A stretch of 64,000 nucleotides of DNA from an uncultured bacterium (GCA_948964545.1 CAREDV010000001.1:351942-415941), one strand, 5' to 3'. Numbered from the stretch's first letter, positions 37,968 through 48,748 are shown. Program-made: numbers and translations. The notes: generated by a model not told the origin, from the sequence alone.

Positions 37968-38041
37968 GCGTGCGTAGCTCAGTTGGATAGAGTGTTTGGC
38001 TACGAACCAAAAGGTCGGGGGTTCGAATCCCTCCGCGCGTA
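37968..38041 (+). tRNA. tRNA-Arg(ACG)
   Basis: TAGCTCAGTTGGATAGAG D-arm, TTTGG-CTACGAA-CCAAA anticodon arm, GGTTCGAATCC; terminator follows. Confidence 0.96.
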
Positions 38042-38160
38042 AATAAAAGAGACTCCCAAAGGGGGTCTTTTTTTGTTGCAAATCTAACCTGTTTTTATTA
38101 TTCTATTACACAGCGGGTATAGTTAAATTTTAAACAAGACTAACAATAATAGGAGAGTAT

Positions 38161-39879
38161 ATGAAAAAGCGATTTGTGTTAGCAATTATTTTATTGGTGT
38201 TGTTAATTGTTTATACAGTTAAAGAAAGAACCGTCATGTTTGTTTATACAAATCCTTATATTGAAACTAGCGGATTTCAATATATTGCAAAAACATTAAA
38301 AGGTTTAGATAATGCACTAAACGTTGTGCGTAATGATGCAAAAGCTTCGGGACATGATTTTGATTATCTATACATTAATGCTTATGGGTCGGGATTTCTG
38401 AAAAATAATCCTATACCTAATGATTTGGATACTGCTGTTGGAATTTACCTCGGTGAATATGATTATAACGGTAAAAACGGCAAGGAAATTGCAAAAGTTT
38501 TGATTGATAAAATGACAGCTTTTCAGTATTCTTTTTTAACATATATAGACAGCCTTGATAACAAAGATGCATATATTGGAGAGAATCCCTTTATGCTGCT
38601 TTCAAAGTTTACACGTGTAAAAGAGGTTAATATAGAAAGTATTTCAAGTGCATTAGAAAATGTAATAAAAGACAAAGATTATGTTGCTTATACTGGCATA
38701 AGCGGTACGGAAAACGCGGAAATATTGCCTTATGTTATGAAATCAAACGAGGTTTTATTAAAAAATTATGTAATGCTTCATATATTGAGCAGCAAGGTGT
38801 CGTATAATAAAACGATGCCTGTGTATCAGAGAGAAATTTCTTTAATACCAGAATTTTATTTTAATTTAAAATCGGGCGATACTGTCAAAATGGTAGAAAT
38901 TGTCCCAGAAATTGCACTTGGTAGAAAAGTTCAACTGTCAAGAAACTTTTTTGCATCTTCTGTATATGTGAATAATTATTCTTCCAAATTTATCAAAAAA
39001 CTTCCTTATCTGGTTGAGGATGATAAATATTTTGCATACAGAATGTTTACATATAATATCTATTTTCAGGATGTTTTGAATGCGGGAATTACTGATAAAA
39101 AACCAGTAAAGCATCTTAAACGTATTATGCAGACTGCAGATATGATTTCGCCGATGATTGGCGATAGAATGTATCAGGAGATTTCAGAATTTGTAAACGA
39201 AAATTTAAGCAACAGGGATATTCAGTTATTAAATGAGTATACATACGCTTGTGATATGATTTTGCTAAGTACAAAAAATTATAAATTATATGCAAAGTTC
39301 AAACGAAACGGTGAAATGAACAAATTTTTAAATGCTGTGTCTCAGGCTGCTGATGAACTTGAAATGCGCGGGGAAATTGATAAAGATGCAATAAAACAGT
39401 TAAAAGATTTTAGGAAAAATGAAATTGAAAACCTTGCAAAATTTAACGATGAGGATAGTTTAAATACATATAAACTCAATGTGTTTAATCTAAAATATGA
39501 CAGCATACTTGATATAATAGGCAAAGCAATGGGTTCTCAAATCCAGCATAAAGAAAAAGTTGCAGAGTATATGAAAATGTTTAAAAAAATCTATACTGAT
39601 GCTGGCTTTCATGAAATTACCTGTGTTCTTCTAGATAAAAATACTGTAGGAATTCTAGCCGATAATTATACAAAATCAATAAAAGATTTAAAGAAGTTTG
39701 CAAAAGAAAATAATATTGTCGATGTTGAAGTTAAGCTTATTGATAAAATTCCTGCCGATACTGCGGGTTATAAACTTTGGGCATCAGAACAAAGAAATAA
39801 TGTTTATAAACAGCTTTATGAAGTTATGATTGAAGATAAAAAGAATTTTAAAGTTAAACGGAAACTTATACTTTTTTAA
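38161..39879 (+). CDS. Membrane-anchored protein with nucleotidyltransferase-fold motif, paralogue 1
   Basis: N-terminal TM; YGSGFLKNNPIPNDLD (GS-x10-DxD). Confidence 0.7.
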   Translation: MKKRFVLAIILLVLLIVYTVKERTVMFVYTNPYIETSGFQYIAKTLKGLDNALNVVRNDAKASGHDFDYLYINAYGSGFLKNNPIPNDLDTAVGIYLGEYDYNGKNGKEIAKVLIDKMTAFQYSFLTYIDSLDNKDAYIGENPFMLLSKFTRVKEVNIESISSALENVIKDKDYVAYTGISGTENAEILPYVMKSNEVLLKNYVMLHILSSKVSYNKTMPVYQREISLIPEFYFNLKSGDTVKMVEIVPEIALGRKVQLSRNFFASSVYVNNYSSKFIKKLPYLVEDDKYFAYRMFTYNIYFQDVLNAGITDKKPVKHLKRIMQTADMISPMIGDRMYQEISEFVNENLSNRDIQLLNEYTYACDMILLSTKNYKLYAKFKRNGEMNKFLNAVSQAADELEMRGEIDKDAIKQLKDFRKNEIENLAKFNDEDSLNTYKLNVFNLKYDSILDIIGKAMGSQIQHKEKVAEYMKMFKKIYTDAGFHEITCVLLDKNTVGILADNYTKSIKDLKKFAKENNIVDVEVKLIDKIPADTAGYKLWASEQRNNVYKQLYEVMIEDKKNFKVKRKLILF

Positions 39880-40669
39880 ATTCAATTAAATTTTCAACTT
39901 TATTAATTTGTTCTTTTAATTTAAAAAGTTCAAGTTCTAAATCGCTGTCTTTTAAAGTTTTCTTTTGTTTTTCTTTCTTAACATCTTGGCTGATTTCACT
40001 TATTGCATTAACTACAACGCCTACAATTACATTCATTACTATAAAAGATGAAACGAGAATGAAAGAAATAAAATAAATCCAGGCAAGTGGATATTTTGTC
40101 ATAATATCTCGGGCAATATCAGCCCAGGCTTCAAGTGTCATAATCTGGAACAATGTAAACATACTTTTAGGCAATGAGCCGAATTCAACAGGGAAATCTT
40201 GACCATATAATGTAGTTCCCATAATTGCAAAAATATAAAAAATTATAAGAAGTAATACTGATGCCCAGCTTACATTAGGTATAGAATCAATAATTGCCTG
40301 AACAATTATTCTTAACCTTTCTAGTTGTGTAATTAATCTTAATGCTCTGAGGGTTCTTAATATTCTGAATACACGGAAAGATGAGAAAACTCCGCCTGTA
40401 GGAATCCAGGAAATTGCAACAATTAAAAAATCAAATAAATTCCAGTTGTCTTTAAAGAAATTTTTCTTGTAAACATATAATTTAATACCAAGTTCGACTG
40501 TGAATATCCAAACACAAATGTTGCAAAGCTGGTTCATTAAGTTGCTATATTTTGCCATAACTGCAGTGCTTGTCATCATTCCGAGAATTATTGAGTTAAA
40601 TATAATTACAAATATAATAAATCTTTGAGTCCATTTGTTTTCTATAAAATTAGCTATCTTCTCTTTCAT
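39866..40669 (-). CDS. Voltage-gated ion channel, BacNav/NaChBac-like
   Basis: WNLFDFLIV, S4 FRVFRILRTLRALRLI, filter FQIMTLEAWA, C-terminal coiled coil. Confidence 0.9.
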   Translation of the reverse strand: MKEKIANFIENKWTQRFIIFVIIFNSIILGMMTSTAVMAKYSNLMNQLCNICVWIFTVELGIKLYVYKKNFFKDNWNLFDFLIVAISWIPTGGVFSSFRVFRILRTLRALRLITQLERLRIIVQAIIDSIPNVSWASVLLLIIFYIFAIMGTTLYGQDFPVEFGSLPKSMFTLFQIMTLEAWADIARDIMTKYPLAWIYFISFILVSSFIVMNVIVGVVVNAISEISQDVKKEKQKKTLKDSDLELELFKLKEQINKVENLIEFKKV

Positions 40670-40686
40670 ATCTTCCTCTTTTATAA

Positions 40687-41358
40687 TTATTTAATCAAAT
40701 CTTTTATAACCTCTCCTGCGATAATAAGTCCAGCAGTTGAAGGGACAAATGCATTGCTTGCAGGAATGCGTTCCCGTTTTACAGGCAGTTCTTTTGAGTA
40801 TACAACTTTTAATTTCTTAATTCCGCGCGCTTTTAATTCATGTCTCATAACTTTTGCAAGCGGACATACTGAGGTCTTATATATATCTGAAACTTCAAAA
40901 TCATAAGCATTCATTTTGTTTCCAGCACCCATTGACGATATTATAGGTATATTTGCTTTATCTGCCTGCATAATAAGTCCAATTTTACCTGAAACAGTAT
41001 CGATTGCATCGACTATATAATCATATTTAGTGAAATCGAAATGAGTTTCTGGTGTATAAAAAATTTTATGAGTGTTTACGGTAATATCGGGATTAATATC
41101 AAGGATTCGTTCTTTTGCCGCATCAACTTTGTATTTGCCGATTGTACTATGCAGTGCAATAATCTGGCGGTTTAGATTGCTTTCTGCCACAATGTCGTTA
41201 TCTATTATATCAATTGCGCCAATACCGCTTCTCACAAGTGCTTCTACAACATATCCGCCGACTCCGCCGATTCCGAAAACAGCGATATGTGAACGTTTTA
41301 ATTTGTCCAGAGCCTCTTTTCCTATTAACATTTCCGTTCTTAAGAATTGTTCCGACAT
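40687..41358 (-). CDS. tcdA: tRNA threonylcarbamoyladenosine dehydratase (ThiF family)
   Basis: FGIGGVGGY, SNLNRQI, DAID, SSMGAGNK, CPLAKVMR, VVYSKE. Confidence 0.9.
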   Translation of the reverse strand: MSEQFLRTEMLIGKEALDKLKRSHIAVFGIGGVGGYVVEALVRSGIGAIDIIDNDIVAESNLNRQIIALHSTIGKYKVDAAKERILDINPDITVNTHKIFYTPETHFDFTKYDYIVDAIDTVSGKIGLIMQADKANIPIISSMGAGNKMNAYDFEVSDIYKTSVCPLAKVMRHELKARGIKKLKVVYSKELPVKRERIPASNAFVPSTAGLIIAGEVIKDLIK

Positions 41359-41430
41359 AATTTATATATTAAACAAAAAATCATTTGCTTTCAAGTTGAC
41401 ACGTTTTTTTCGAATATATATAATTGTATT

Positions 41431-43158
41431 ATGAAAAAGATTATTGTTTGTGCAATTATTTTGCTATTGGGTTTATTTATAGTATTTAAAAGGGTTGTGA
41501 CATTTGTCTGGGTTAATCCTTACACTTACACAGGAAGTTACTCTCAAATCGCAGAAACCGTCCGCGGTATTGATAAAGCTTTGGATTTTGCACGTAGTTA
41601 TTCGGCAAAAGACGGGCAGGATTTTGAATATATTTTTGAAAATGCATACGGGTCAGGTTTTTTGAATAATAACCTAATCCCTAATGATTTAGATTATTCT
41701 GTAGGTTTAAATTTGGGTGAATATGTTTTTGACGGAACAAATCAGAAACAGATAGTAGAATCTGTTGTAAATAAAATGAATTCGTTTCAATATTTATTTA
41801 ATTATTATGTGAATTTATCTGATGATAAGAAGTTTTATATAGATAAATCTCAATTGGAAGTTCTTGGAATATCCTCAAAAGCACGAAGTAAAAATATTAA
41901 GGCAATTTCAGATAATTTAGTTAATGCACTGAGTGGAAAAGAATATGTTAATCATACAATTAAAAAAGTTGACAATGGTTCTGAAATGGACTTGCCTTAT
42001 GTTATGAGAGCAAATGAAATATTGATTGAAAATTATGACCCGATAATGTTATATAGTGATGTTGTTGCTTATAACAAAACGATGCCGAAATATGTCCGCT
42101 CGATTTCAATAATTCCCGAATTTTTTATAACAGTTAAGGACACATCGGGGGAGGGGCATCTCATAGAAATTGTGCCCGAATCTTTTATGGGTGAGAGAAT
42201 GCAATTGGCAAGAAGATTTTTTGCAGCATCAACTTTTACAGGTGCAAAATCAAAGAAGTTTCTTGAAAACTTGTCATATCTGAATGATGATGAAAAATAT
42301 TTATATTACAGAATGATTTCATATAAAAGACATCTGCAGGAAATTTCTAATATTCAGGTTATGAAAGACAGACCTGTTAAAATGCTTAAAAGAATTATGC
42401 AGACTGCAGATATTGCATCACCTTTACTGGATAAAGAAACAATGGATGAGATTTCTCAAACCGTATTGAAAAATATGCAGAATCGTGACATTCAGCTTCT
42501 TAACGAATATTCGAATATCTGTACAACTCTGCTTTTAATTCAGGAACATCCAAAGCTTTATTTAAAACTGCTTAAGGATGATAAAATTAAAACTATGTAT
42601 GATGTTCTGCTTTTAACCGTAAAAGAACTAGAAGAACGCGGAAATATCAAAGATATTGAAAAATTAAAGAATTTTGCTGAAAAAACATTAAACAAACTTT
42701 TTTTAATGGAAGACCCAAGAGAGGTTTTGGTATTCAAAAAAGTAATTTTTGAACAACAATATAAAGAAATAAATGATATTGTAAATTCTTCTGTATACTC
42801 ATTGATTGTGGATAAAGATAAACTTGATAAGTATACTCTGATGTTTAATAAAATTTATACAGATGCGGGCTATCACAGAGTTTCGCTATACTGGCTTGAT
42901 GAAAATACAATAGGTGTTTTGAAAGATGATTTTACAAAAAATATTAAAGATTTAAAAAAGTTTGCACAAAATAATGAACTTGCAGATGTAAATTACAAAT
43001 TTATTACAGATGCTCAAGTTCCAAAAATTGCTGTAAGATATGCAGTTTGGGCAAGATATAATCCAACAAAACTTGAACAAGAAAATTTTGAAAAGATGAA
43101 TAAAGCATTTATAGACGATAAAAAGAATTTCAAAATTATGACAAAATACGCTTTCTGA
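41431..43158 (+). CDS. Membrane-anchored protein with nucleotidyltransferase-fold motif, paralogue 2
   Basis: N-terminal TM; YGSGFLNNNLIPNDLD; leaderless TTGACA-N17-TATAAT-N6-ATG 41431. Confidence 0.7.
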   Translation: MKKIIVCAIILLLGLFIVFKRVVTFVWVNPYTYTGSYSQIAETVRGIDKALDFARSYSAKDGQDFEYIFENAYGSGFLNNNLIPNDLDYSVGLNLGEYVFDGTNQKQIVESVVNKMNSFQYLFNYYVNLSDDKKFYIDKSQLEVLGISSKARSKNIKAISDNLVNALSGKEYVNHTIKKVDNGSEMDLPYVMRANEILIENYDPIMLYSDVVAYNKTMPKYVRSISIIPEFFITVKDTSGEGHLIEIVPESFMGERMQLARRFFAASTFTGAKSKKFLENLSYLNDDEKYLYYRMISYKRHLQEISNIQVMKDRPVKMLKRIMQTADIASPLLDKETMDEISQTVLKNMQNRDIQLLNEYSNICTTLLLIQEHPKLYLKLLKDDKIKTMYDVLLLTVKELEERGNIKDIEKLKNFAEKTLNKLFLMEDPREVLVFKKVIFEQQYKEINDIVNSSVYSLIVDKDKLDKYTLMFNKIYTDAGYHRVSLYWLDENTIGVLKDDFTKNIKDLKKFAQNNELADVNYKFITDAQVPKIAVRYAVWARYNPTKLEQENFEKMNKAFIDDKKNFKIMTKYAF

Positions 43159-44551
43159 AGCCGAAACAAATTAGTGTATATATACCAATAAAGATTGAAA
43201 TCTTGATAATACTATGGCAGTCAATATTGTTCAGTGCCAGAAAACTTCCAAATCCTATTAAAAATACAATTATAAAAGTTTTTGCAAAGCTTTTATAATT
43301 AATATAATCCAGATTTTTTGCACCTGTGAAAATATTTACAAGTACAAGTAAAAGTTCAGTTATAAATTGTGCAATACCTGCACCTACTACTGCATATTTG
43401 AGTATTAATGCTGTATTTAAAAAGTATGAGAGTACTGCAAGAAGTCCTGCTATCAACATTTCAATATATGTTTTGATTTTTAAATGATATTTTATATTTA
43501 TAAGTTTCATCAATTCATGTAAAAATCCCGATAGTGCCAAAAATGGCATTATATAAGCAACAGCTGCATACTTTTCGGGTAAAATCAGTTCAGTAATTTC
43601 TTTGGAATAAAAACAAAAAATACTTACAAGCGGTATAAAAATGAAGCAATAAAGCTGAATTATATTGGTAAAATAAAGCTTAAATTGCCTTTTAAGTTCA
43701 AATTGTTTAACAATAACAGGAAATGAAGCAAACAAAAAAACGGTTAAAAAAGGTGTAATACTATTTGCCAGCATCCATGCTGTACCTACAATTGCAGTAT
43801 TCAAATATTCCTGCCCGTTTTGGAATATAAATTTTGCAATATTTAAAACATACCAGTAGCAGGTATTGGTGAAAATTAACGGCAGTGCATATTTCAGCAC
43901 CTCTAAAGCTATTGATTTATTGAGAGAAAAACGCGGTTTGAAATCGAATTTTAATGACCGTAGTATATAAAAATCAATAGCAAATATTGCGATATTCATA
44001 GCAATTAAAATCGCACCCGCATTAGGTAATAGCTGATAAATAGTTAGAAAAAGTGCAATAAATCCTAACTGATAAAAAAGAATACTAAATGTGTATAGTT
44101 TAGACTGATTTCTAATTCTTAGTATTTGATATAAAAACTGCCTTATGCTGCATGGAATAACAAGAAATATAGTAAGCAGGAAAGTCAGATTATTTATTGC
44201 AAATTTGTTTAAGACAATGTCTTTGAACAGAAAGTATGCAAGAAAAATTAGTGCATAAGCAATGATTGATATCCAGAAAACTGTTGAAAACAGGGTGTCA
44301 AGCCGACCTTTAAACCTGTATTTTTCATGAAATCTCAATACCGCTTTTGTAATCCAGTCAAAAGTACACGTCAGCATAATATTGAGGATTTGTACAGCAA
44401 TTAAAAATATACTCATCTGCTTTGTGTCAAGAATATGTGCAAATACAGGTATTATGATAATAGAATTTAAAATAATCAAAACCCTTGACGGCAGATATTC
44501 GAAAACATTTTTCAATATAAGTGAATAATTTTTAGCTGTTCTTTCGTTCAT
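43136..44551 (-). CDS. Polysaccharide flippase (Wzx/MOP family)
   Basis: Many hydrophobic helices, EVLKYALPL, GAGIAQFITE. Confidence 0.75.
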   Translation of the reverse strand: MNERTAKNYSLILKNVFEYLPSRVLIILNSIIIIPVFAHILDTKQMSIFLIAVQILNIMLTCTFDWITKAVLRFHEKYRFKGRLDTLFSTVFWISIIAYALIFLAYFLFKDIVLNKFAINNLTFLLTIFLVIPCSIRQFLYQILRIRNQSKLYTFSILFYQLGFIALFLTIYQLLPNAGAILIAMNIAIFAIDFYILRSLKFDFKPRFSLNKSIALEVLKYALPLIFTNTCYWYVLNIAKFIFQNGQEYLNTAIVGTAWMLANSITPFLTVFLFASFPVIVKQFELKRQFKLYFTNIIQLYCFIFIPLVSIFCFYSKEITELILPEKYAAVAYIMPFLALSGFLHELMKLINIKYHLKIKTYIEMLIAGLLAVLSYFLNTALILKYAVVGAGIAQFITELLLVLVNIFTGAKNLDYINYKSFAKTFIIVFLIGFGSFLALNNIDCHSIIKISIFIGIYTLICFGFRKRILS

Positions 44552-44655
44552 TATTGCCTAAAAATCCTTCCCGAAAAGTATTATATCATATAAAACTTTC
44601 TTCTGATTAAATTTTACCAAAAACAATGAATAATGGATTTGGAAGGAGAATAATT

Positions 44656-44913
44656 ATGGAAAAAGAAACAATGAAAGAAAAACTTCATAATAAAGGTGAA
44701 GAAATGAAGGAAAAAGCAGTTAAGGCTAAAGAAAAATTAGCCCAAGACGGTAAACAGCTTCAAGAAAAAATTGCAGACGGTGCTGAAAAGGTTAAGGAAA
44801 AAACAGCTGCTGTAAAAGAAAAAGTTAAAGAAGAAGCCTGTGAATTAAAACATAATATAAAAGACAAGGCTGAAAAAGTTAAAGATAAAATGGAACATAA
44901 AAAAGAGGCGTAA
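44656..44913 (+). CDS. LEA-like K/E-rich repeat protein
   Basis: 11-residue periodic EKVKEK repeats; AAGGAG RBS. Confidence 0.7.
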   Translation: MEKETMKEKLHNKGEEMKEKAVKAKEKLAQDGKQLQEKIADGAEKVKEKTAAVKEKVKEEACELKHNIKDKAEKVKDKMEHKKEA

Positions 44914-44960
44914 AGCCTCTTTTTTACCACATAACTGTATGAGGTTGAAATTATATTTTT

Positions 44961-45614
44961 TTATACAAGCCCCTCTTTTAACGCTTTTACTGCAGCTTGT
45001 GTTCTGTCATCCACCACAAGTTTTTGAATAATATTACACACATGTGCTTTAGCAGTGTGTTCTGAAATTGTTAATTCCTGCGCAATTTCATTATTTGAAA
45101 GCCCGTCTACTACAAGCTTTAGAACTTCATATTCGCGCTGGGTAAGGTTTGCATGTTGTTCTTTGAACATAGCTCTTGACATTTGTCTTGGCGGTATTAC
45201 TCCGCAGTTTTTCTCGCGTAAAACTGGTACTACTTGCGGATCAAGCCACATTGCACCCTCATGAACTGTTTTTATTACCATTTGAAGTATTTCTGTTCCA
45301 ATATCTTTCATAGCATAAGCGCAAGCTCCTGCATGGAGTGCATCTAACACTTCCTGCTCACTTAAGTGTGAGGTTAAAATTATAACTTTTGCCCTGCTGT
45401 CAAGTTCAAGAATTCTTTTTGTTGCTTCAATGCCTGATATATCTGGAAGTCCTATATCCATTAAGACTACGTCAGGTTTTTCTGTGCGGTATTTTTCAAC
45501 CGCTTCTTTTGCGCTTTGTGCTTCTGATGTTATTTGTAAATCGCCGTCAAAAAGCGACATTAAACCGACTCTTATTAGTTTTTGATCTTCAACGAGTAAT
45601 ATATTTATAGTCAT
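44961..45614 (-). CDS. NarL/LuxR-family response regulator
   Basis: LVEDQ, DVVLMDIGLPD, LTQREYEVL HTH. Confidence 0.93.
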   Translation of the reverse strand: MTINILLVEDQKLIRVGLMSLFDGDLQITSEAQSAKEAVEKYRTEKPDVVLMDIGLPDISGIEATKRILELDSRAKVIILTSHLSEQEVLDALHAGACAYAMKDIGTEILQMVIKTVHEGAMWLDPQVVPVLREKNCGVIPPRQMSRAMFKEQHANLTQREYEVLKLVVDGLSNNEIAQELTISEHTAKAHVCNIIQKLVVDDRTQAAVKALKEGLV

Positions 45615-45719
45615 AATATTTTCTCCTTACAATACTTATAAAATTAATTTCAATCGAATTAATCCCTTTTGTAAGGAGAATGTCAGATAATATTATTGTA
45701 TGATAAATTTGGATTGATA

Positions 45720-46136
45720 TTAAAATAAAGCTTCCAATTTTTTAGCTTGTTCGCCTGCATAATATAATTCTCGAGGCAAAAACCTTTTAGGATTAAACAA
45801 ACTTGCAAAAATCTTTCTTCCAGGAAAACGCTTTTCATCCCACATATCCAGCCCTGTATGTTTACCCATTTCTATAGTTTTATCCACAACTCTACCCGTT
45901 GCATTGTTAATTATCTCTACAGATTTGTCTTTAGTATTAAATCTGACATCATATTTCTTTAATCTTGCTTGTTCCAAACAAAATTGTCTTAACCCTTTGC
46001 GTATAATTTCACAAGTGTATTCATCGGCAGAGCCTGTTAGTTTTTCTGTAAATACTCCCATTTCAAGATAATTTGGACGTCTGAAAGCCATTCCAAATTG
46101 CGGCCTTGGCTGATTACAATTTAAATTTACATGCAT
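45720..46136 (-). CDS. Lineage-specific hypothetical protein (N-terminal PQFG motif)
   Basis: 138 aa, AGGGA RBS. Confidence 0.65.
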   Translation of the reverse strand: MHVNLNCNQPRPQFGMAFRRPNYLEMGVFTEKLTGSADEYTCEIIRKGLRQFCLEQARLKKYDVRFNTKDKSVEIINNATGRVVDKTIEMGKHTGLDMWDEKRFPGRKIFASLFNPKRFLPRELYYAGEQAKKLEALF

Positions 46137-46317
46137 GTTAATTTTTCCCTTTTATGTTATTAAAGCATGTAAAAAAAATTTTTGCTATTATTTTTCTTTT
46201 GGATTATTATATTTATTGATAAAAATGAACAACGGCAGAAAATTACAAAATAGGCGTTTAGGTAAGTCAAATCGAAATTTGAAAAGTTACTGAATAAGCC
46301 GCCCAAGGGTAAAAATA

Positions 46318-47928
46318 ATGAAATACTCAAAATATTCAACAGTAATAATAGGAAGCGGTATTGCAGGATTATATGCCGCATTAAAAATAGAACAGCAGGT
46401 AAAACTCCCTGATGGAATTTTGCTTATAACAAAATCACGACTCGGCGAAAGCAACTCAAGATATGCTCAGGGCGGTATGGTTGCTGTTATGAAAGATAAT
46501 AAATCTGACAGTGTAGCATCTCATATTTCAGATACTATAAAAGCGGGTGCTGGGTTGAGCGAATTTAATACAATTAAATTCATCTCTGAAAATTCTGATG
46601 CTGTTGTAAAAGATTTGTTGAAATTTGGAGTTGAATTTGACAGGGATGAAAACGGAAGTCTTTGTTATACCAGAGAGGCAGCTCACAGTGTAAGAAGAAT
46701 TCTTCACTCAGGCGGTGATGCTACAGGTAAGAAGATTGAACAGGCTTTGTGCCGCAAAGTTTCCGAAAACGAAAATATCGAAATTTACGAACAAACAGAT
46801 GCTGTAGAACTTCTTGTCAGTTCGGGCGAATGCAAGGGTGTAATTGTATTTAATAATGAAACCGGTGATTATGAGACAGTATATTCATCAGCGATAATTC
46901 TTGCAACAGGTGGTATCGGACAGTTATATAAATATACAACAAACCCTGTTGGTGCAACAGGTGATGGTATTGCCCTTGCGTATAATGCGGGTGCTGTAAT
47001 GCAGGATATGGAGTTTGTTCAGTTCCATCCGACTGCACTTGCTATTGACGGAGATGAAAATAGATTTTTAATATCGGAAGCAGTCAGAGGCGAGGGGGCA
47101 AAACTTTGTGATGCAGACGGTGTTGAGTTTATGAGTAAGTATGATGAAAGAAAAGAACTTGCACCGCGAGATATTGTTACACGTGCAAATTTTAACGAAA
47201 TGCAGGAAAATAATACTGACTGCGTATATCTGAATGCAGCCTGTATCGAAAGTAAAAAGCTTGCAAAACGTTTCCCGACAATTTCAAAAAAATGTCTTGA
47301 ACACGGTATTGATATCTCAAAGGATTATATACCAGTAGCACCTGCATCACATTATTTTATGGGCGGTGTGAGAACAAATCTTAAAGGTGAAACTTCTGTT
47401 AACGGACTTTATGCAATAGGTGAAGCTGCATCTACAGGTTTGCATGGCGGAAACAGGCTTGCAAGTAATTCATTGTTGGAATGTGTTGTTTGCGCGTATT
47501 CTGCTGCGGAATATTTAAAATCAATTGAGCTTAAGACTCCAAAACAAATTGATGAGGAGATTAAATCAATAATAGATAAATACAGTAATGAAGATATTGT
47601 TATGGATGAACTTGATGTTCAGAGTTTAAAATCAAAATTGCAAAATATAATGTGGGATTACGTCGGAATTTTAAGGGATGAAAAATCGCTTAATGAGGCA
47701 AACGAATTAATTTACCGTTTGAAAGCAGATTTTCCGCGTGAAGCTAAGTGTTTGAATCGTGAAGAATATGAATTTCGTAATATGCTTACCGTTTCACAAT
47801 TGATTACACAATGTGCGTTAAACCGAAAAGAATCTCGCGGCGCTCATTTTAGAACAGATTACCCGAATACAAACGAACAAAGTATTCATAGTTTTATAGT
47901 AAAAGAGGAGATGGAACTTGTTAAGTAA
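46318..47928 (+). CDS. nadB: L-aspartate oxidase
   Basis: IGSGIAGL, SRYAQGG, EAAHS, QFHPT, HGGNRLASNSLLE, ESRGAH. Confidence 0.96.
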   Translation: MKYSKYSTVIIGSGIAGLYAALKIEQQVKLPDGILLITKSRLGESNSRYAQGGMVAVMKDNKSDSVASHISDTIKAGAGLSEFNTIKFISENSDAVVKDLLKFGVEFDRDENGSLCYTREAAHSVRRILHSGGDATGKKIEQALCRKVSENENIEIYEQTDAVELLVSSGECKGVIVFNNETGDYETVYSSAIILATGGIGQLYKYTTNPVGATGDGIALAYNAGAVMQDMEFVQFHPTALAIDGDENRFLISEAVRGEGAKLCDADGVEFMSKYDERKELAPRDIVTRANFNEMQENNTDCVYLNAACIESKKLAKRFPTISKKCLEHGIDISKDYIPVAPASHYFMGGVRTNLKGETSVNGLYAIGEAASTGLHGGNRLASNSLLECVVCAYSAAEYLKSIELKTPKQIDEEIKSIIDKYSNEDIVMDELDVQSLKSKLQNIMWDYVGILRDEKSLNEANELIYRLKADFPREAKCLNREEYEFRNMLTVSQLITQCALNRKESRGAHFRTDYPNTNEQSIHSFIVKEEMELVK

Positions 47929-48748
47929 TTTTTATATAAAGGAACATGTTAAATCTGCATTGCAGGAAGATATTGGATTTGGCGATATTACAACAGAAAA
48001 TCTGACTGACGGAAGCGAATATTTAAAAGCGGAGTTAAATACTAGAAACGACGGTATTCTTTGCGGGTGCGAAGTGTTTAAGACTGTTTTTGAAATTCTC
48101 AGTACAGATGTCAAAATAAAATTTTATTTTAAAGACGGTGATAAAATTCAAAAAGGCGATAAAATTGCAGATTTGGAAGGCCCTGCAAAATATCTTCTTA
48201 TGGGTGAACGTGTTGCTTTGAATTATATTCAGAGAATGTCAGGTATTGCAACCGAAACTCATAAGTATCAGGAGGCTGTAAAACCTTATGGCGCAAAAGT
48301 AGTTGATACCAGAAAAACAACACCGAACTTCCGCTCATTTGAAAAATATTCGGTCAAAGTTGGAGGCGGAGCTTTGCACAGATTTAACCTGTCAGATTGT
48401 GCGATGATAAAAGATAATCACATAAGACTTGCAGGCTCAATTACAAATGCGGTTCAAAAATTGCGAAAGGCAATTTCTTTTACCCATAAAATTGAAGTTG
48501 AATGCGATACTTTTGAACAGGTAAAAGAAGCGGTTGAAGTTGGTGCAGATATTATCATGCTTGATAACATGCCGACAGAAACAATGAAAGAAGCTGTAGA
48601 ATATATTAATCACCGCGCAATTGTTGAAGCCAGCGGAAATGTTAATTTGAATACGGTTAATGCAATTGCCTCAACAGGAGTTGATATTATTTCATCGAGT
48701 GCAATAGTTGCCAAAGCGCCAACATTAGATTTAGCATTAGATATGTAA
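47918..48748 (+). CDS. nadC: Nicotinate-nucleotide diphosphorylase (carboxylating)
   Basis: DTRKTTP, HRFNLSD, IKDNH, IMLDNM, EASGN. Confidence 0.97.
   Translation: MLSNFYIKEHVKSALQEDIGFGDITTENLTDGSEYLKAELNTRNDGILCGCEVFKTVFEILSTDVKIKFYFKDGDKIQKGDKIADLEGPAKYLLMGERVALNYIQRMSGIATETHKYQEAVKPYGAKVVDTRKTTPNFRSFEKYSVKVGGGALHRFNLSDCAMIKDNHIRLAGSITNAVQKLRKAISFTHKIEVECDTFEQVKEAVEVGADIIMLDNMPTETMKEAVEYINHRAIVEASGNVNLNTVNAIASTGVDIISSSAIVAKAPTLDLALDM

Noticed and set aside
37836..38081. 148-aa LuxR ORF as given in the track
   Set aside because: The extension is antisense to tRNA-Arg; the RBS-supported start is 37835.
38161..43158. CBASS-like defence system (NTase + ThiF + channel)
   Set aside because: The ThiF protein has TcdA-specific motifs and no E2/JAB partner; the NTase-like proteins have N-terminal membrane anchors; the genes are not co-oriented.
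37968..44551. Integrative element at tRNA-Arg
   Set aside because: No integrase and no duplicated tRNA 3' end found downstream.
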